64,000 bases of DNA from an uncultured Fibrobacterota bacterium (GTDB lineage: Bacteria > Fibrobacterota > Chitinivibrionia > Chitinivibrionales > FEN-1185), in NCBI GenBank assembly GCA_963729895.1, contig CAVSQB010000030.1, positions 1 through 64,000 on the forward strand, given 5' to 3'. The notes under the pieces were generated by a model, which did no database searches, was not told where the DNA came from, and saw only the letters and a list, made by a program, of their open reading frames with translations. Positions 46,027-58,584 of this stretch are shown here, piece after piece (position 1 is the first letter of the stretch; each line of letters begins with the position of its first letter). Both the position numbers and the translations under genes were made by a program.

Positions 46027-47958
46027 CTACCTCCTTAACAATTCCACTTTACATGAAGATACCATTTTTGATCCTCCATTTTCTTTGTGGTACAAAGCGA
46101 CCACATACGTGCCTGCGGGCATAACCTTGTTTTGGGCCGCCGAGGCAAACAAATTCACTCGATGATTGCCGGCGACAGTCAATCCTTGAAGGACTGTGCA
46201 AACCGATGCGCCCCGGGAATCGAGAACGGCCAGCCTTATCGGTTCACTGAGAGGAATCGAAAAGTCTACCATGCTGCGCCCCGGTACGGCACGCAACGAA
46301 TAACCCAGCGGCCCGGTGAAATGCGGGCCGGCAGGTCGAACACCGGTTGATGCGCCGTCGATAAAGACCAACTCGATGCCGCTTCCAGTTCCAAGGTTCC
46401 TGGAGTACTTTCTGTCAACTGGATTGTCCCAATGCTCAAAGACGCCAAGGCTTTGCAGACGTTCGGTGGCGATCTCGTGGTTTGGATCGTAGAACGTGCC
46501 TGAAGGAGGATTGTCCGCCTGCGCGGCTTCAACCAGATAATCTTCCGCGCCGGCGATTTTCGCATACTGATACGGATCCGGATCGAGTTGAAACAAATCG
46601 AACAGTACGCTTTCGATCGCAACCGGGTCCTGGGAAGCAAAAAGGCTGGAAGTCCAACCGCCATTAAACGGCGCTACCGGCCAGGTATGCGGCACGGTAT
46701 CATAATTGTGGTTTCCTTCATACAGTCCGTCAACGAGATAAAGAACTGTTTTGCCGCCAAGGTGTGCGTGCCCCATGAGATCTACCAAAGCTCGGTAGCT
46801 TCCCATTTGAGGCGACATGAAAGCAAGACTTTGGTGCAGATCGTAGTATCCGCTGTCGGTGGGCAGGCGGATGAGCGAACCGTAATTGTTCTTTGCGCAG
46901 GCGGTTATGCCCCCGCCCATGTGGGATTTCATGTTGGCAAGGCTGATGACATACGTGGCTTGCGAATAGTGCAGAGCTACATAATCCTGCTTGACTCCGG
47001 TAGGTCTGCTGCTCCAATAAACCGGCGCAGTTGAAAACTCAACTTTCGTTCGGCCGAATTTGCCTGCGTGATCGACATAATGGACGTCAGGGAATTCGGC
47101 GTAACAGGAATCATGATATTCATTGGGATAGTAAGCGGTCGGGTCTCCAACCGAGATATCTGCCTGATTTGCACCCGCGACGTTCACAAGCTGCCGCAAC
47201 AAAGCGCGCACCATCTGTGGCGAAGAGTTCATGTAATCGAGTTTCTTGTTGAGTGAGTACGTCATACTGTCAACGCAACAAAAGGCCGGAAGATAATTGC
47301 AGAAAGTAAGATTTATCTTGATGGCGATTTTTTCTCCCTTTACATAGCCGACATTGCCACGGCCATGGACATAATTATAATACCGGAACAACGTATCCCA
47401 GGCTGAAGCATCGTCCGCTTTTCCACTGAGTTCGCGCAAAGCTCTCGACATCATCTGGTCAACAACTGTCTGGCTTGTGTGATTGCTTTCCCACCAATGG
47501 CCGTCGCCAAGGCCTTTCCAGTTGGACACCGTGGAATCATGTACCCAGACAACCCGGCCAGGGTTCGCGCCCTTTGCTTCGCCGATCGGGACATTGGCTT
47601 TTGTTGCGGCAAACGTCGGCGAATGGGGCATGGAAATAAATATTCCACCCGCCATTGCACCAACTGCCAGGCTGATTGCAGCCATCAAGTATCGCGACCG
47701 ATGGACATAAGCGCGAGCACGCTTCAAGAATAAAAGAGACATCCCCAAACCCAACAGCCACAAGACAAAAGTGGATGCAATTGGTGCCGCGACCCGCATG
47801 CATGGGTATGCGGCACGACTTGGTTTTGGAATGACGCGAGCAATGAACCACACCAGAGATCCGGTGCCGAGAATGGGGAACAATAAGCTCCAGGGGAAAT
47901 GCCGTTTTTGCACTTCCGGAATACGACTTTTTTGAAGAGGATTTGACGTTTCTCTCAT
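46027..47958 (-). CDS. DUF362-like domain protein with N-terminal TM segments and a C-terminal secretion-type beta domain
   Basis: RVIPKPSRAAYPC, IAIKIN, MKSH..GITACAKN.YG, SQDPVAIES; C-terminal LDSRG..GTYVV tail. Confidence 0.75.
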   Translation of the reverse strand: MRETSNPLQKSRIPEVQKRHFPWSLLFPILGTGSLVWFIARVIPKPSRAAYPCMRVAAPIASTFVLWLLGLGMSLLFLKRARAYVHRSRYLMAAISLAVGAMAGGIFISMPHSPTFAATKANVPIGEAKGANPGRVVWVHDSTVSNWKGLGDGHWWESNHTSQTVVDQMMSRALRELSGKADDASAWDTLFRYYNYVHGRGNVGYVKGEKIAIKINLTFCNYLPAFCCVDSMTYSLNKKLDYMNSSPQMVRALLRQLVNVAGANQADISVGDPTAYYPNEYHDSCYAEFPDVHYVDHAGKFGRTKVEFSTAPVYWSSRPTGVKQDYVALHYSQATYVISLANMKSHMGGGITACAKNNYGSLIRLPTDSGYYDLHQSLAFMSPQMGSYRALVDLMGHAHLGGKTVLYLVDGLYEGNHNYDTVPHTWPVAPFNGGWTSSLFASQDPVAIESVLFDLFQLDPDPYQYAKIAGAEDYLVEAAQADNPPSGTFYDPNHEIATERLQSLGVFEHWDNPVDRKYSRNLGTGSGIELVFIDGASTGVRPAGPHFTGPLGYSLRAVPGRSMVDFSIPLSEPIRLAVLDSRGASVCTVLQGLTVAGNHRVNLFASAAQNKVMPAGTYVVALYHKENGGSKMVSSCKVELLRR

Positions 47959-48248
47959 ATCTTTTCTCCTGGCTCGTGAGCCAAATTCGTGTTACGGCAC
48001 GGCCGGCCTGTCTGCTCTAACATCATAATCTATATTGATTTTTGGAAATTGCCAATGCTGTCGTCAAAAAAGTGTTTTCTGCTGGAAACCACCTTGACGT
48101 GGAGGCCTTTTTCGCCAAGTTTGGCGGCAAAAAGCCGGACGTGGGCACGAGCGGATCGTGGACAGGGCAGATCGACTGGTTCCAGGTTTCAGGCCAATGG
48201 GGGCGGTCACCGTTTCAACATCTTTTCGGTTTAACAGGCAGCTATGTC

Positions 48249-49082
48249 TTATTTTGCCCGGGGCGTTGAGTCGGCCACCGTATCCGTCGGCGGAGGAAGT
48301 CCGGAAAGGGACGTGTATCCAGAATCGTTGAGTAAATGCCTTCTGTAAAGATTGCTCGCCATGACCGCGATCCGCTTCTGGATAAATGCGCTCTTGTCGT
48401 TGAGAGGGGAAAGCTTGCTCGGCATCGCAAGCGTGGCCGCAAGCCGCGACGCCTCGCTCATGGAAAGTCGCGAACAGGGTTTTTTGTAATATGCCTGAGA
48501 TGCGGCTTCACACCCGAAGATCGTGTCGCCCCACTGTGCGTAATTGAGGTAGAGTTCAAGGATTCTGTCCTTGCCGAGGTATTTCTCTAGAAGCAATGTG
48601 TAACCCATTTCCTTGATCTTGCGCACAAAGTTCCGCTCATGGTCGCAGAAAAGGTTCTTGGCCAGTTGCTGTGTGATGGTGCTTGCACCCCGGACTATCC
48701 GGTTTTTGTCCTTATTGTATTCTATGGCAGCGAGCATGGCCTCGATGTCGAATCCCGGATGAGTGTAGAAGCCGTCGTCTTCAACCGCGATCACCGCATT
48801 CTGCAGAGATTTGGCAACGGAGTCGAGGCACACGTAACGTAGAAACAGCCTGTCCGGTTTGTTTTGTTCGCGCAAAGCGGCACGATACTGCTTCATGTAT
48901 TCGGACTCTACCGGATTATGGTTCACCAGGAACTTGACATCAAGGATCGGTCGCGTGATTGTGAGATATCCCCATACAAGGACCACGGTGCCAACCAGCG
49001 AAAAGACAACGGCATAGGCAAGGAAGATGGTTTTTAGAATCTTCCACGCGGAATAAAAAATCTTGGAAAAAGGCTTCAGCAT
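48249..49082 (-). CDS. mtgA: Monofunctional peptidoglycan transglycosylase (GT51)
   Basis: EDDGFYTHPG, GASTITQQLAKN, RKIKE, KDRILELYLN. Confidence 0.9.
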   Translation of the reverse strand: MLKPFSKIFYSAWKILKTIFLAYAVVFSLVGTVVLVWGYLTITRPILDVKFLVNHNPVESEYMKQYRAALREQNKPDRLFLRYVCLDSVAKSLQNAVIAVEDDGFYTHPGFDIEAMLAAIEYNKDKNRIVRGASTITQQLAKNLFCDHERNFVRKIKEMGYTLLLEKYLGKDRILELYLNYAQWGDTIFGCEAASQAYYKKPCSRLSMSEASRLAATLAMPSKLSPLNDKSAFIQKRIAVMASNLYRRHLLNDSGYTSLSGLPPPTDTVADSTPRAK

Positions 49083-49247
49083 AATTGTATACTAGTAACG
49101 GGGAACGGTTTTCCGACTTTTAGCTCGCAATTTTGCGTGCGGGTGAAGTGTTTGAAAATAGTTGTTTCCTGCGGTGCGCTGATTGAAAATAGCAAACACA
49201 AAATGAATGACAGGCCCGGACCCGACTTCGGAAAAAGGAAGGAAGCA

Positions 49248-49700
49248 ATGCAGAGCAATTCGTATGGCCTCATCAGCTTGTTTCTTATTTTCATGGCTGT
49301 TGCCACGGCGCTGGGCGCTGTTTTGCCCAGATCCCCCAAAATGGCGGGGATGTATTTGATTGTAGCCGTGTTAAGCTTCATTCTCATTCTGGTTTCTTAT
49401 TGCGCAAAATGCTCTTGTCGGAACTCGGAATGCTGTTTTGTACTTCCCGGCCGCCTTACCAAATTCCTACCAAAGAGAAAAGAGGGTCCCTATTCATTTT
49501 TTGATATCCTGTCGACCCTCATCGGAATCGCGGCCATAGTTCTTATGCCGCAACTGTGGCTTGTTCTCAACATTCCGTCCCTCATCCTGTTCTGGCTCTT
49601 CATGATTGTTGCCGGATTTATGATCGTTTTCCTCGTATGCCCGGACTGCCCGAACAAGAATTGTTTTCTTTGCGGCAGCAGACCCAAAGCTGTAAAATAG
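49248..49700 (+). CDS. Hypothetical 4-TM membrane protein with two Cys clusters
   Basis: Hydrophobic helices; CAKCSC..CC and CPDC..C..C. Confidence 0.75.
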   Translation: MQSNSYGLISLFLIFMAVATALGAVLPRSPKMAGMYLIVAVLSFILILVSYCAKCSCRNSECCFVLPGRLTKFLPKRKEGPYSFFDILSTLIGIAAIVLMPQLWLVLNIPSLILFWLFMIVAGFMIVFLVCPDCPNKNCFLCGSRPKAVK

Positions 49701-49914
49701 CGTCTCGCTGGAAAAAATAACAGTGGCGGCGTTTCGGTGGACGGGGCCCTCAGAGGATGGTAACCATCGACGGATTGTCTTTCGGCAACGGACAGCAACG
49801 GGTACCATGCCCGACGGGTGTTAAGGAATCAGTTATGTAGATTTTTTACAAAACCCGGTAAGATAAATGGAGACAAAGTGCCGATTGAGAACAACAAGGA
49901 AGCAGATTATGCGG

Positions 49915-50346
49915 CTAATGCTTCTCCTGCGGCGTGGATACCGTCTTCTCCGCAACCTTGATTCTCGCAAGAGCCTTCTGCAGTCTTAATTTTGCGGCCT
50001 TCATTTCCGGTAAAGCCTCGGCCGTCTTCAGTTCGGCCTCCGCGCTTTGCTTTTCCGCAAGCGCGAGTCCCTTGTTGATCTGGTTTCCAAACTCAGCGGT
50101 TTCGGCAAGCACCGAGACTTCGTTCTTCCGAACCTCCAGAAATCCTCCCGAAATGGCCAGACATTCCGTGTTCTTGTTGTGCGTTATCCGGATTTCCCCC
50201 GGCACAAGACGCGAAAGCAGGGGAGCGTGGTTGCACAAAACGCCGAGTTCCCCTTCCGCGCCGGGGAACACCGCGAATTCTACCTTGCCGGAAAAGACTT
50301 TCTTTTCCGGGGTCACGATATCGAGAAGATATGATTTGTCGTCCAT
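49915..50346 (-). CDS. atpC: ATP synthase F1 epsilon subunit
   Basis: IVTPE, GELGVL.NHAPL, ISGGFLEV. Confidence 0.95.
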   Translation of the reverse strand: MDDKSYLLDIVTPEKKVFSGKVEFAVFPGAEGELGVLCNHAPLLSRLVPGEIRITHNKNTECLAISGGFLEVRKNEVSVLAETAEFGNQINKGLALAEKQSAEAELKTAEALPEMKAAKLRLQKALARIKVAEKTVSTPQEKH

Positions 50347-50391
50347 GATTTTAGATGCTTCTTCTTTGCAGCGTAAACTTTCAATTGGGAA

Positions 50392-51840
<1,449 letters not shown>

Positions 51841-51855
51841 TTATCTGCCTGGTGC

Positions 51856-52710
51856 TCAGCGCAGGGCCTCTGCGCCCGAAACGATTTCCAGGAGTTCTTT
51901 GGTTATGATGGATTGCCGGACTTTATTATACAACAGTGTAAGCATGTCGATGAGCTTGCCCGCATTTTTGGTTGCGGCGAACATCGTGGTCATGCTCGCG
52001 GCCTGCTGTGCTGCGTTCGATTCAAGAAAGATTTTCCATATTTGACCAATGAGATATTGCGGCATGAGAACGTCGAACGTTTCCTCTGCAGACGGTTCGA
52101 AAATGTAGCTCGCCTTGGGGCCGGATTTTTCTTCCATGGGCTCAAGGGGGAGGAGTTTTTGAAGGATTATTTTCTGGGAGACAGGGGCCCTGAATTCGTT
52201 GTAAACGGCAACCACCTCGTCGATTGTTCCTGAAACGAAATCAGAAAGGAGCTTTTGGCCGACGGTGGTTGCGTCGGAATATTTCGGGGAGAACATCATG
52301 TCGGCGTACTGGTCCGAAAGAGTGACCGGTTTGCGCCTGAGAGATTCGATAGGCTTTTTGCCGACAACGGTCACGGAAACGGTCTTATCCTTGTTTGCAG
52401 AAAGAAGCTCCAGCGCCTTCTTCACGGCATTTGAGTTGAACGCACCGCACAAGCCTTTGTCTGATCCGACAACCACGATGCGCAGATTCCTGCCCTTGCT
52501 CGTGCGCAGATACGGTGACGTTCCCGCGGGAAGGCCGGAGGTAAGGTGTCGCGCAATGTGGGTGAGTTTTTCGAAGTAAGGCCGGGCGTTCACCACGCGG
52601 TCGCGCGCCTTCCGCAACTTAACAGAAGCGACCATCTGCATGGCCCTGGTAATCTTCTGCGTGTTTCTGACGCTTACAATTCTCCGTTTTATTTCGCGTG
52701 GAGTCGCCAT
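51856..52710 (-). CDS. atpG: ATP synthase F1 gamma subunit
   Basis: KITRAMQMVA, DKGLCG.FN, RQS.IT.EL.EIVSGA. Confidence 0.95.
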   Translation of the reverse strand: MATPREIKRRIVSVRNTQKITRAMQMVASVKLRKARDRVVNARPYFEKLTHIARHLTSGLPAGTSPYLRTSKGRNLRIVVVGSDKGLCGAFNSNAVKKALELLSANKDKTVSVTVVGKKPIESLRRKPVTLSDQYADMMFSPKYSDATTVGQKLLSDFVSGTIDEVVAVYNEFRAPVSQKIILQKLLPLEPMEEKSGPKASYIFEPSAEETFDVLMPQYLIGQIWKIFLESNAAQQAASMTTMFAATKNAGKLIDMLTLLYNKVRQSIITKELLEIVSGAEALR

Positions 52711-52715
52711 GGTTC

Positions 52716-54221
52716 CTACATCCGCTGTTTCTTGAATTCATCGACGGCCGCAACGAGCGATTTCTTCGTTTCTTCCGTTATTTCTTTTTTGTCGCGGATG
52801 CTCGCGAGAATGTCGGCGTGGACCCGTTCCACGAATTCTGTCAGTTCTTTCTCGAACGTGCGCAATTGCGGGACCGGCACGTCGTCGAGCAGACCGTACG
52901 AACCTGAAGCGATGATGAGGATTTGCCTCTCAAACGGCATGGGCTGGTGCTCATCCTGCTTCAGGATCTCCACCATGCGCTCGCCGCGCGTGATCTGCGC
53001 CTTGGCCGATTTGTCGAGGTCGGATCCGAATTGCGCGAACGCGGCAAGCTCGCGGTACTGTGCGAGATCCATGCGGAGTTTCCCGGCAACCTGCCTCATT
53101 GCCTTGAACTGGGCCTTGCCCCCTACACGCGACACCGAAATTCCCACGTCAATGGCGGGCCGGACGCCGGAATAGAAGAGATTTCCCACAAGGTAAATTT
53201 GGCCGTCGGTGATGGATATCACGTTGGTCGGGATATATGCCGATACGTCGCCCGCCTGCGTCTCAATGATGGGCAGCGACGTGAGCGATCCCCCGCCGAG
53301 CTTGTCGGACAGCTTTGCCGAACGTTCGAGAAGCCGGGAGTGCAGGTTGAAAATGTCACCCGGGTACGCCTCGCGACCCGGCGGCCTGCGGAGCAGCAGC
53401 GACAGCTGGCGATACGCGAAGGCGTGTTTGGAAAGATCGTCGTAAATGACAAGCGCATGGCCGCCGGCGTCGCGGATTTCCTCGCCGATCGATGTCCCGG
53501 CATAGGGTGCAATGTACTGCAGGGGAGCGGGGTCGGCGGCTGAGGCTGAAACCACTATGGTATACGTCATGGCGCCCGCGTCTTCCAGAACCTTGTGCAC
53601 GCGCGCGATGGACGACTGCTTCTGGCCAATGCCAACATAGATGCAGACGACCCCGGTTCCCTTCTGGTTGAGGATCGTGTCGATGGCGATGGCGGTCTTG
53701 CCCGTTCCCCGGTCGCCGATGATGAGTTCGCGCTGACCGCGCCCTATGGGGATCATTGCATCGATGGCTTTCCATCCTGTCAAGAGGGGTTCCTTCACCG
53801 GCTGGCGGTCGACCACGCCCATGGCCCGGTCTTCGAGCAGGCGGTGTCTGGACGCCTTGACGGGTCCTTTGCCGTCGAGAGGCTGGCCGAGGGGGTTGAT
53901 GATCCGGCCGATCATTTCCTTGCCTACCGGCACTTCCATGATCCTGCCCGTACAGCGGACCGTTTCGCCTTCCTTGATGGCGGTGTCCTCACCGAATATC
54001 ACCACGCCCACGTTGTCGGGTTCCAGATTGAGCGCCATGCCGAATACGCCGCTTTCGAATTCCACAAGCTCCGCATACATGCATTTGTCCAGTCCGTACA
54101 CCCGTGCGATGCCGTCGCCCACCTGGATCACCGTCCCGGTGGAGACCATCTCAAGCCTCGTTTGGTACGATTCGATCTGCTGTTGGATGATCCTGGTGAT
54201 TTCTTCCGGTTTGATGTTCAT
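52716..54221 (-). CDS. atpA: ATP synthase F1 alpha subunit
   Basis: [27 protein letters not shown]. Confidence 0.97.
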   Translation of the reverse strand: MNIKPEEITRIIQQQIESYQTRLEMVSTGTVIQVGDGIARVYGLDKCMYAELVEFESGVFGMALNLEPDNVGVVIFGEDTAIKEGETVRCTGRIMEVPVGKEMIGRIINPLGQPLDGKGPVKASRHRLLEDRAMGVVDRQPVKEPLLTGWKAIDAMIPIGRGQRELIIGDRGTGKTAIAIDTILNQKGTGVVCIYVGIGQKQSSIARVHKVLEDAGAMTYTIVVSASAADPAPLQYIAPYAGTSIGEEIRDAGGHALVIYDDLSKHAFAYRQLSLLLRRPPGREAYPGDIFNLHSRLLERSAKLSDKLGGGSLTSLPIIETQAGDVSAYIPTNVISITDGQIYLVGNLFYSGVRPAIDVGISVSRVGGKAQFKAMRQVAGKLRMDLAQYRELAAFAQFGSDLDKSAKAQITRGERMVEILKQDEHQPMPFERQILIIASGSYGLLDDVPVPQLRTFEKELTEFVERVHADILASIRDKKEITEETKKSLVAAVDEFKKQRM

Positions 54222-54250
54222 GGTTCTGCTCGCTTCTTGTTTATAGTCGA

Positions 54251-54790
54251 CTAAAATGCAGTTACCGTTTCGGATAATCTCCGCACCTGGTGCGCGATGC
54301 TTCCATCAATGACTTTGTCGCCAAGAATAATCCGCATTCCCCCCATAAGAGAGGGAATGACTTCGGTGGCGATTGCGATTTCTTTTCCGAGGTTTTTCGT
54401 GAGGCGCTCCTTGATCTTCTTGAGCGTTTCGCCGTTTAAGGGTGAGAAGCTTTCCACTCGCACGTTCACCCTGTTTTGGTCTTCGTCAAGCATTTCGGAA
54501 AAACACTGTGAAATCGCGCCGCATTGGAAAATACGCTTCTTATCAATAAGATACCCGAGGAACTTGAGCGAGACGCTTTCACAGTCGCCCGAGAACACCT
54601 CGTTGAGCACGCGCTTTTTCTCGTCTGGAGTAATGCCCGGATGATACAGCACGCGCTTGAGATCGCTGCTCGCACCGATTGTACGGGAGATGTCCCCGAG
54701 ATTTTCCTCAACCTTCTCCGCTTTTCCGACGGACGCGGCAATTTTGTAAAAAGCGCGCGCATACCTCAGTGCAAGTGATGTATTGAACAT
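54251..54790 (-). CDS. atpH: ATP synthase F1 delta subunit
   Basis: RYARA.., [12 protein letters not shown]; operon position. Confidence 0.92.
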   Translation of the reverse strand: MFNTSLALRYARAFYKIAASVGKAEKVEENLGDISRTIGASSDLKRVLYHPGITPDEKKRVLNEVFSGDCESVSLKFLGYLIDKKRIFQCGAISQCFSEMLDEDQNRVNVRVESFSPLNGETLKKIKERLTKNLGKEIAIATEVIPSLMGGMRIILGDKVIDGSIAHQVRRLSETVTAF

Positions 54791-54797
54791 AGGTGGC

Positions 54798-55295
54798 TTA
54801 GTTCTTTTTGATGTCCGTTTTCCCGAGATCGTCGACAAACGATTCGACAAGTTTTCTGTCCGTCGTCTCGTCGATTTCCTTTTTTAGCAGGTGCTTGGTG
54901 GCCAGCATGGACAGGGTGGCCACCTCCCGCCGGACCTCGGAAAGCGCTTTTTGTTTTTCCTGGTCAATTTCGCGCCTGGCTTTATCCATAAGCTGATCGG
55001 ATTCCTTGAGGGCCTCGACCTTGATCGCTTCCTTGATATTGTTACCTTCTGCAACGGCCTTGTCGATCTCGGCCTTGTAGGTCTTCTTGATGGCGTCGAG
55101 CTCGTCGTGACAGGCTTTCTTGAGGTTGTCAACGTCAAGTTTCTGCTTTTCGATGTTCGCAAAAGCATTTTTGATGTCGTCGGAGCGTTTCTTCATGAAG
55201 GGCCGGAGAAATTTGTTGAACAAATAGCCCAAGACGCCGATCAGAATGATGAAATTGACGATTTGGTACACAAGGAGTTTAAGGCTGAAATCCAT
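54798..55295 (-). CDS. atpF: ATP synthase Fo b subunit
   Basis: QIVNF TM segment plus charged coiled coil; operon position. Confidence 0.92.
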   Translation of the reverse strand: MDFSLKLLVYQIVNFIILIGVLGYLFNKFLRPFMKKRSDDIKNAFANIEKQKLDVDNLKKACHDELDAIKKTYKAEIDKAVAEGNNIKEAIKVEALKESDQLMDKARREIDQEKQKALSEVRREVATLSMLATKHLLKKEIDETTDRKLVESFVDDLGKTDIKKN

Positions 55296-55376
55296 ACGGT
55301 CCTTTCCTTTCACGCTCTGCCGCGGCTGCCGGCCTTAGAAAGCGTGCACATGCAATTGCATCCGACGAGGATGAAA

Positions 55377-55646
<270 letters not shown>

Positions 55647-55704
55647 TTAAAGATAAGCTGAATTCCATGGTGCTCAATAAGACGAAAAGTCCTGACAGTA
55701 CTTG

Positions 55705-56403
55705 TCAGTGGCCCTCATCGGAAGCAACCGCCCCGGACAGGTACACCATGGTAAGCAATGAAAAAACGAAACCTTGTATCGGTATCGTGACAACACTATC
55801 CACAAGCATCCAGATGGTGGGGGCCGCAATGGCGCATGCCGCAAAAAGCATTTTGATGATTGTCTCCCCGGCAAAGATATTCGAAAACAAACGGAGCGTC
55901 AGGGAAAGGGGCCTTGCAAATTCCGAAATGATCTCAATCGGAATCATGATGGGCGCCAAGATGGGAACCGGCCCCAAGAAATGTTTGAAGTACTTTAGAC
56001 CTTTCTTCGAAACGCCCACATAATTATAGAAAATAAAGACGGTTATCGCCACCGCGGCCGGCGTACTGATGTACCCGGTTGGAGACAGCATTCCCGGGAT
56101 AAGTCCCAGGTAACTGGCGACAAGCACAAACAGCATGATGCTCATGACAAGCGGGAAATATACCAGCCCTTGGGGACCGACGATTTCGGCAAGATATCCC
56201 TCGATGAATACCGTGAGCGATTCAAAAACGTTCTGCATGCCGCCGGGCATCGTCTTCAACCGGGCAACCACAAGGATGACTGCGGCGATGATGACAGCCA
56301 TCGCAATCCACGTGTACTCCACTACGAGGGACTCGTGAGGTGAGAGAAAGGGCAGGCGCGGTGCGCGAAGCCACTCAAGCAGCAAAAATTCGTGCTGTTC
56401 CAT
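55705..56403 (-). CDS. atpB: ATP synthase Fo a subunit
   Basis: RPLSLTLRLFSNI.AGE, IQGFVF.LL. Confidence 0.94.
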   Translation of the reverse strand: MEQHEFLLLEWLRAPRLPFLSPHESLVVEYTWIAMAVIIAAVILVVARLKTMPGGMQNVFESLTVFIEGYLAEIVGPQGLVYFPLVMSIMLFVLVASYLGLIPGMLSPTGYISTPAAVAITVFIFYNYVGVSKKGLKYFKHFLGPVPILAPIMIPIEIISEFARPLSLTLRLFSNIFAGETIIKMLFAACAIAAPTIWMLVDSVVTIPIQGFVFSLLTMVYLSGAVASDEGH

Positions 56404-56673
56404 CTACGCGTGTAACCCCTTGACGATAAAGAGAAGTTTTCCGGCCAGCGACACCATGAGTGCAGCGCATAAGAGCCACACTATGGGAACAATTCTCATG
56501 TGCCACAAGAGCAGCACCAGTGCGACGAAAAGAACCAGCCTTGCGCCTTCGGTAATTCCGGCGATGAGCCTCTTGGCTGGCGTCGCATTGACGACGAAGA
56601 GTCTCGCGGTGAAGAAGAAGCCCGCTGCGTCAGCCAATCCGATAACCACGCCCAGTCCAAGGCTAAGTACCAT
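56404..56673 (-). CDS. AtpI-like membrane accessory protein
   Basis: Small hydrophobic ORF directly upstream of atpB. Confidence 0.7.
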   Translation of the reverse strand: MVLSLGLGVVIGLADAAGFFFTARLFVVNATPAKRLIAGITEGARLVLFVALVLLLWHMRIVPIVWLLCAALMVSLAGKLLFIVKGLHA

Positions 56674-56884
56674 ATTTCCGAAGTGTTCTGAAAACATTCA
56701 GAAATCCTGCCCCTATTCCAAGCAAGATAAAGACCATGGTGAATACCGGCGCCGTGTGAAAATGCCGGTCGATGGCCGCGCCTGCAAAGTATCCAATCGC
56801 CACCGACACAACCAAACCGATCCCCACACTTGTGAGTCTGGCGATGTCTGTAAACTCGCGTTTTCTGCTATTTTTCTCTTCCAT
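56663..56884 (-). CDS. AtpZ/AtpI (ATPase gene 1) family protein
   Basis: G..G..IDRHF.T.P..LLGIGAGF.N; first gene of the atp operon. Confidence 0.85.
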   Translation of the reverse strand: MEEKNSRKREFTDIARLTSVGIGLVVSVAIGYFAGAAIDRHFHTAPVFTMVFILLGIGAGFLNVFRTLRKYGT

Positions 56885-57224
56885 GAACGTTTTCCCAAGA
56901 ATGTTCTCCGACGGGAGCGGAATAATATAATAGAAGCCACGCGGTAAGAAAAACAGAACTGTTATTGATATTTGAGAGACAAATGGGGCATGATTACGTG
57001 ATGCAAAACCGCGGGCAACGGGAAACCTTTTGGGACAGCTACCTTGGTCTCGCGTTACAGTCCTGATCGGCGGTGAAGGCAAGGAGCTTGCCGTGAAAAC
57101 TGGAAGAAGGAACGAAATTGTTCTTCCCTCAAGAAAACGGTTGCACCGTTTCAGTGGGGGTGGCGCCGGTACGGTGCGGACGAGTTGCGTTTCGCACGTA
57201 AAGTCTTTTTTAGTTAACAAACTC

Positions 57225-57253
57225 TCGACACGCAAGATACAAAATAGTATGAT
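57225..57253 (+). promoter_or_regulatory. Putative promoter of the membrane PilZ gene
   Basis: TCGACA-N17-TATGAT. Confidence 0.45.
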
Positions 57254-57315
57254 TGAACTATATCCACTACGTATTTTTCTGTGCAATGCACTACGGATCT
57301 TAAGCAAGGAAACAA

Positions 57316-58569
57316 ATGACGATTATGGCACATTGTGGACTTCGCGTTCTGGCGGCAGGCGTTTTGTTTCTTCTGTTCACGGTAGTTGGCCGGCCGGTCG
57401 GTGCATCGGAATTTCCTTCACCCACCCCGGTCATTGCCGATAGCGGACAGGAGCAGCTTACTTCTTCAGACCGGAGCGCGGTTTCTCCCGCCAAAGAAGA
57501 AGACAAACTAAGCTGGTCGAAAAATGCGGTGCAGATAGGCCTGATCTTCGGTTCGGGCATGCTTGCCGCAGGCCTCATTCTTGTTGCCGTGTACGGAGTG
57601 CGGTCGTACAGAAGTAGGGCGAAAGAGGGAATCCGATCACAGAATATCTTTCTGGAAACTGCAGCGCGTCTGGGGTTGACCATTGAAGAACGCGAAGAAC
57701 TTACCGAGTTGCTGTTGCATCAAAATGTAATGGCGCCGCACACCATTTTCCAATCGTTGCCTTTGTTCGAACAATGCGTTGATGCGGTGGCAACTCGCGT
57801 GCTGGGCGGCGGTCGTCAGATGAACGCCGATAGTCCGGAGGAAAAACTCATCTCCGACCTGAGAAGGAAACTCGGTTTCACGCATCTTCCCCTCGAACAT
57901 CCGCTTGTGTCAACGCGCAACATTCCGGTTGGGCAGGCGGGGACTGTGTTCGGGAGGGAAGGAAACAAACCGCTATTCAATAAGGTTTCCGTTGTGGAAA
58001 ACAACAGTTTCTTTTTCACCGTTGAATTCGACGTGGAAAAAGAAGAGCCGTACCGGATCGAAGCAGGGGCGCTGGTGCGTTTCGTTTTCGCGCGGCAGAA
58101 CGACGGGCTGTACGGCGCTCAGGTGATAGTTGCAAATGCACATGAGGCCGGCTCCATCGACCTGCTGCACACGCTGCAATTAAGGCGCAATCAACTGCGG
58201 CAATATGTGCGGGTGGAGACGAACCTGCCGCTGCGCTTCCGGCTCCTTTCCACCAAGGACCCGGACAAGAGCGAGATTCAGCGAGGTCATCTCATTGCCA
58301 CCAAAATGTCAGACATCAGCGCAGGCGGGCTCAGCTTTCTGTACGAACAGACGCTTCGGCTTGGCGATCTCCTTTCCATTTCGTTCGAACTGCCGGGGCA
58401 GTCGTTTGCCGGGGTCACGGGAAAGATCGTGCATCTCACACTCCGGGAAGGAAAGTCCGCACAGCTATACAAACACCATGTCCAGTTTGTGAACATTGAA
58501 CAAGGCAAACGGGAAGAGATCGTCAAGTACGTGTTCGAAAGGGAACGCGAGGTGCGGCAGTTGCGGTAG
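57316..58569 (+). CDS. Membrane-anchored PilZ domain (YcgR-like) protein
   Basis: Signal peptide plus TM segment; C-terminal RQYVR and DISAGG. Confidence 0.85.
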   Translation: MTIMAHCGLRVLAAGVLFLLFTVVGRPVGASEFPSPTPVIADSGQEQLTSSDRSAVSPAKEEDKLSWSKNAVQIGLIFGSGMLAAGLILVAVYGVRSYRSRAKEGIRSQNIFLETAARLGLTIEEREELTELLLHQNVMAPHTIFQSLPLFEQCVDAVATRVLGGGRQMNADSPEEKLISDLRRKLGFTHLPLEHPLVSTRNIPVGQAGTVFGREGNKPLFNKVSVVENNSFFFTVEFDVEKEEPYRIEAGALVRFVFARQNDGLYGAQVIVANAHEAGSIDLLHTLQLRRNQLRQYVRVETNLPLRFRLLSTKDPDKSEIQRGHLIATKMSDISAGGLSFLYEQTLRLGDLLSISFELPGQSFAGVTGKIVHLTLREGKSAQLYKHHVQFVNIEQGKREEIVKYVFEREREVRQLR

Positions 58570-58584
58570 CCGTGGCAATACGCG

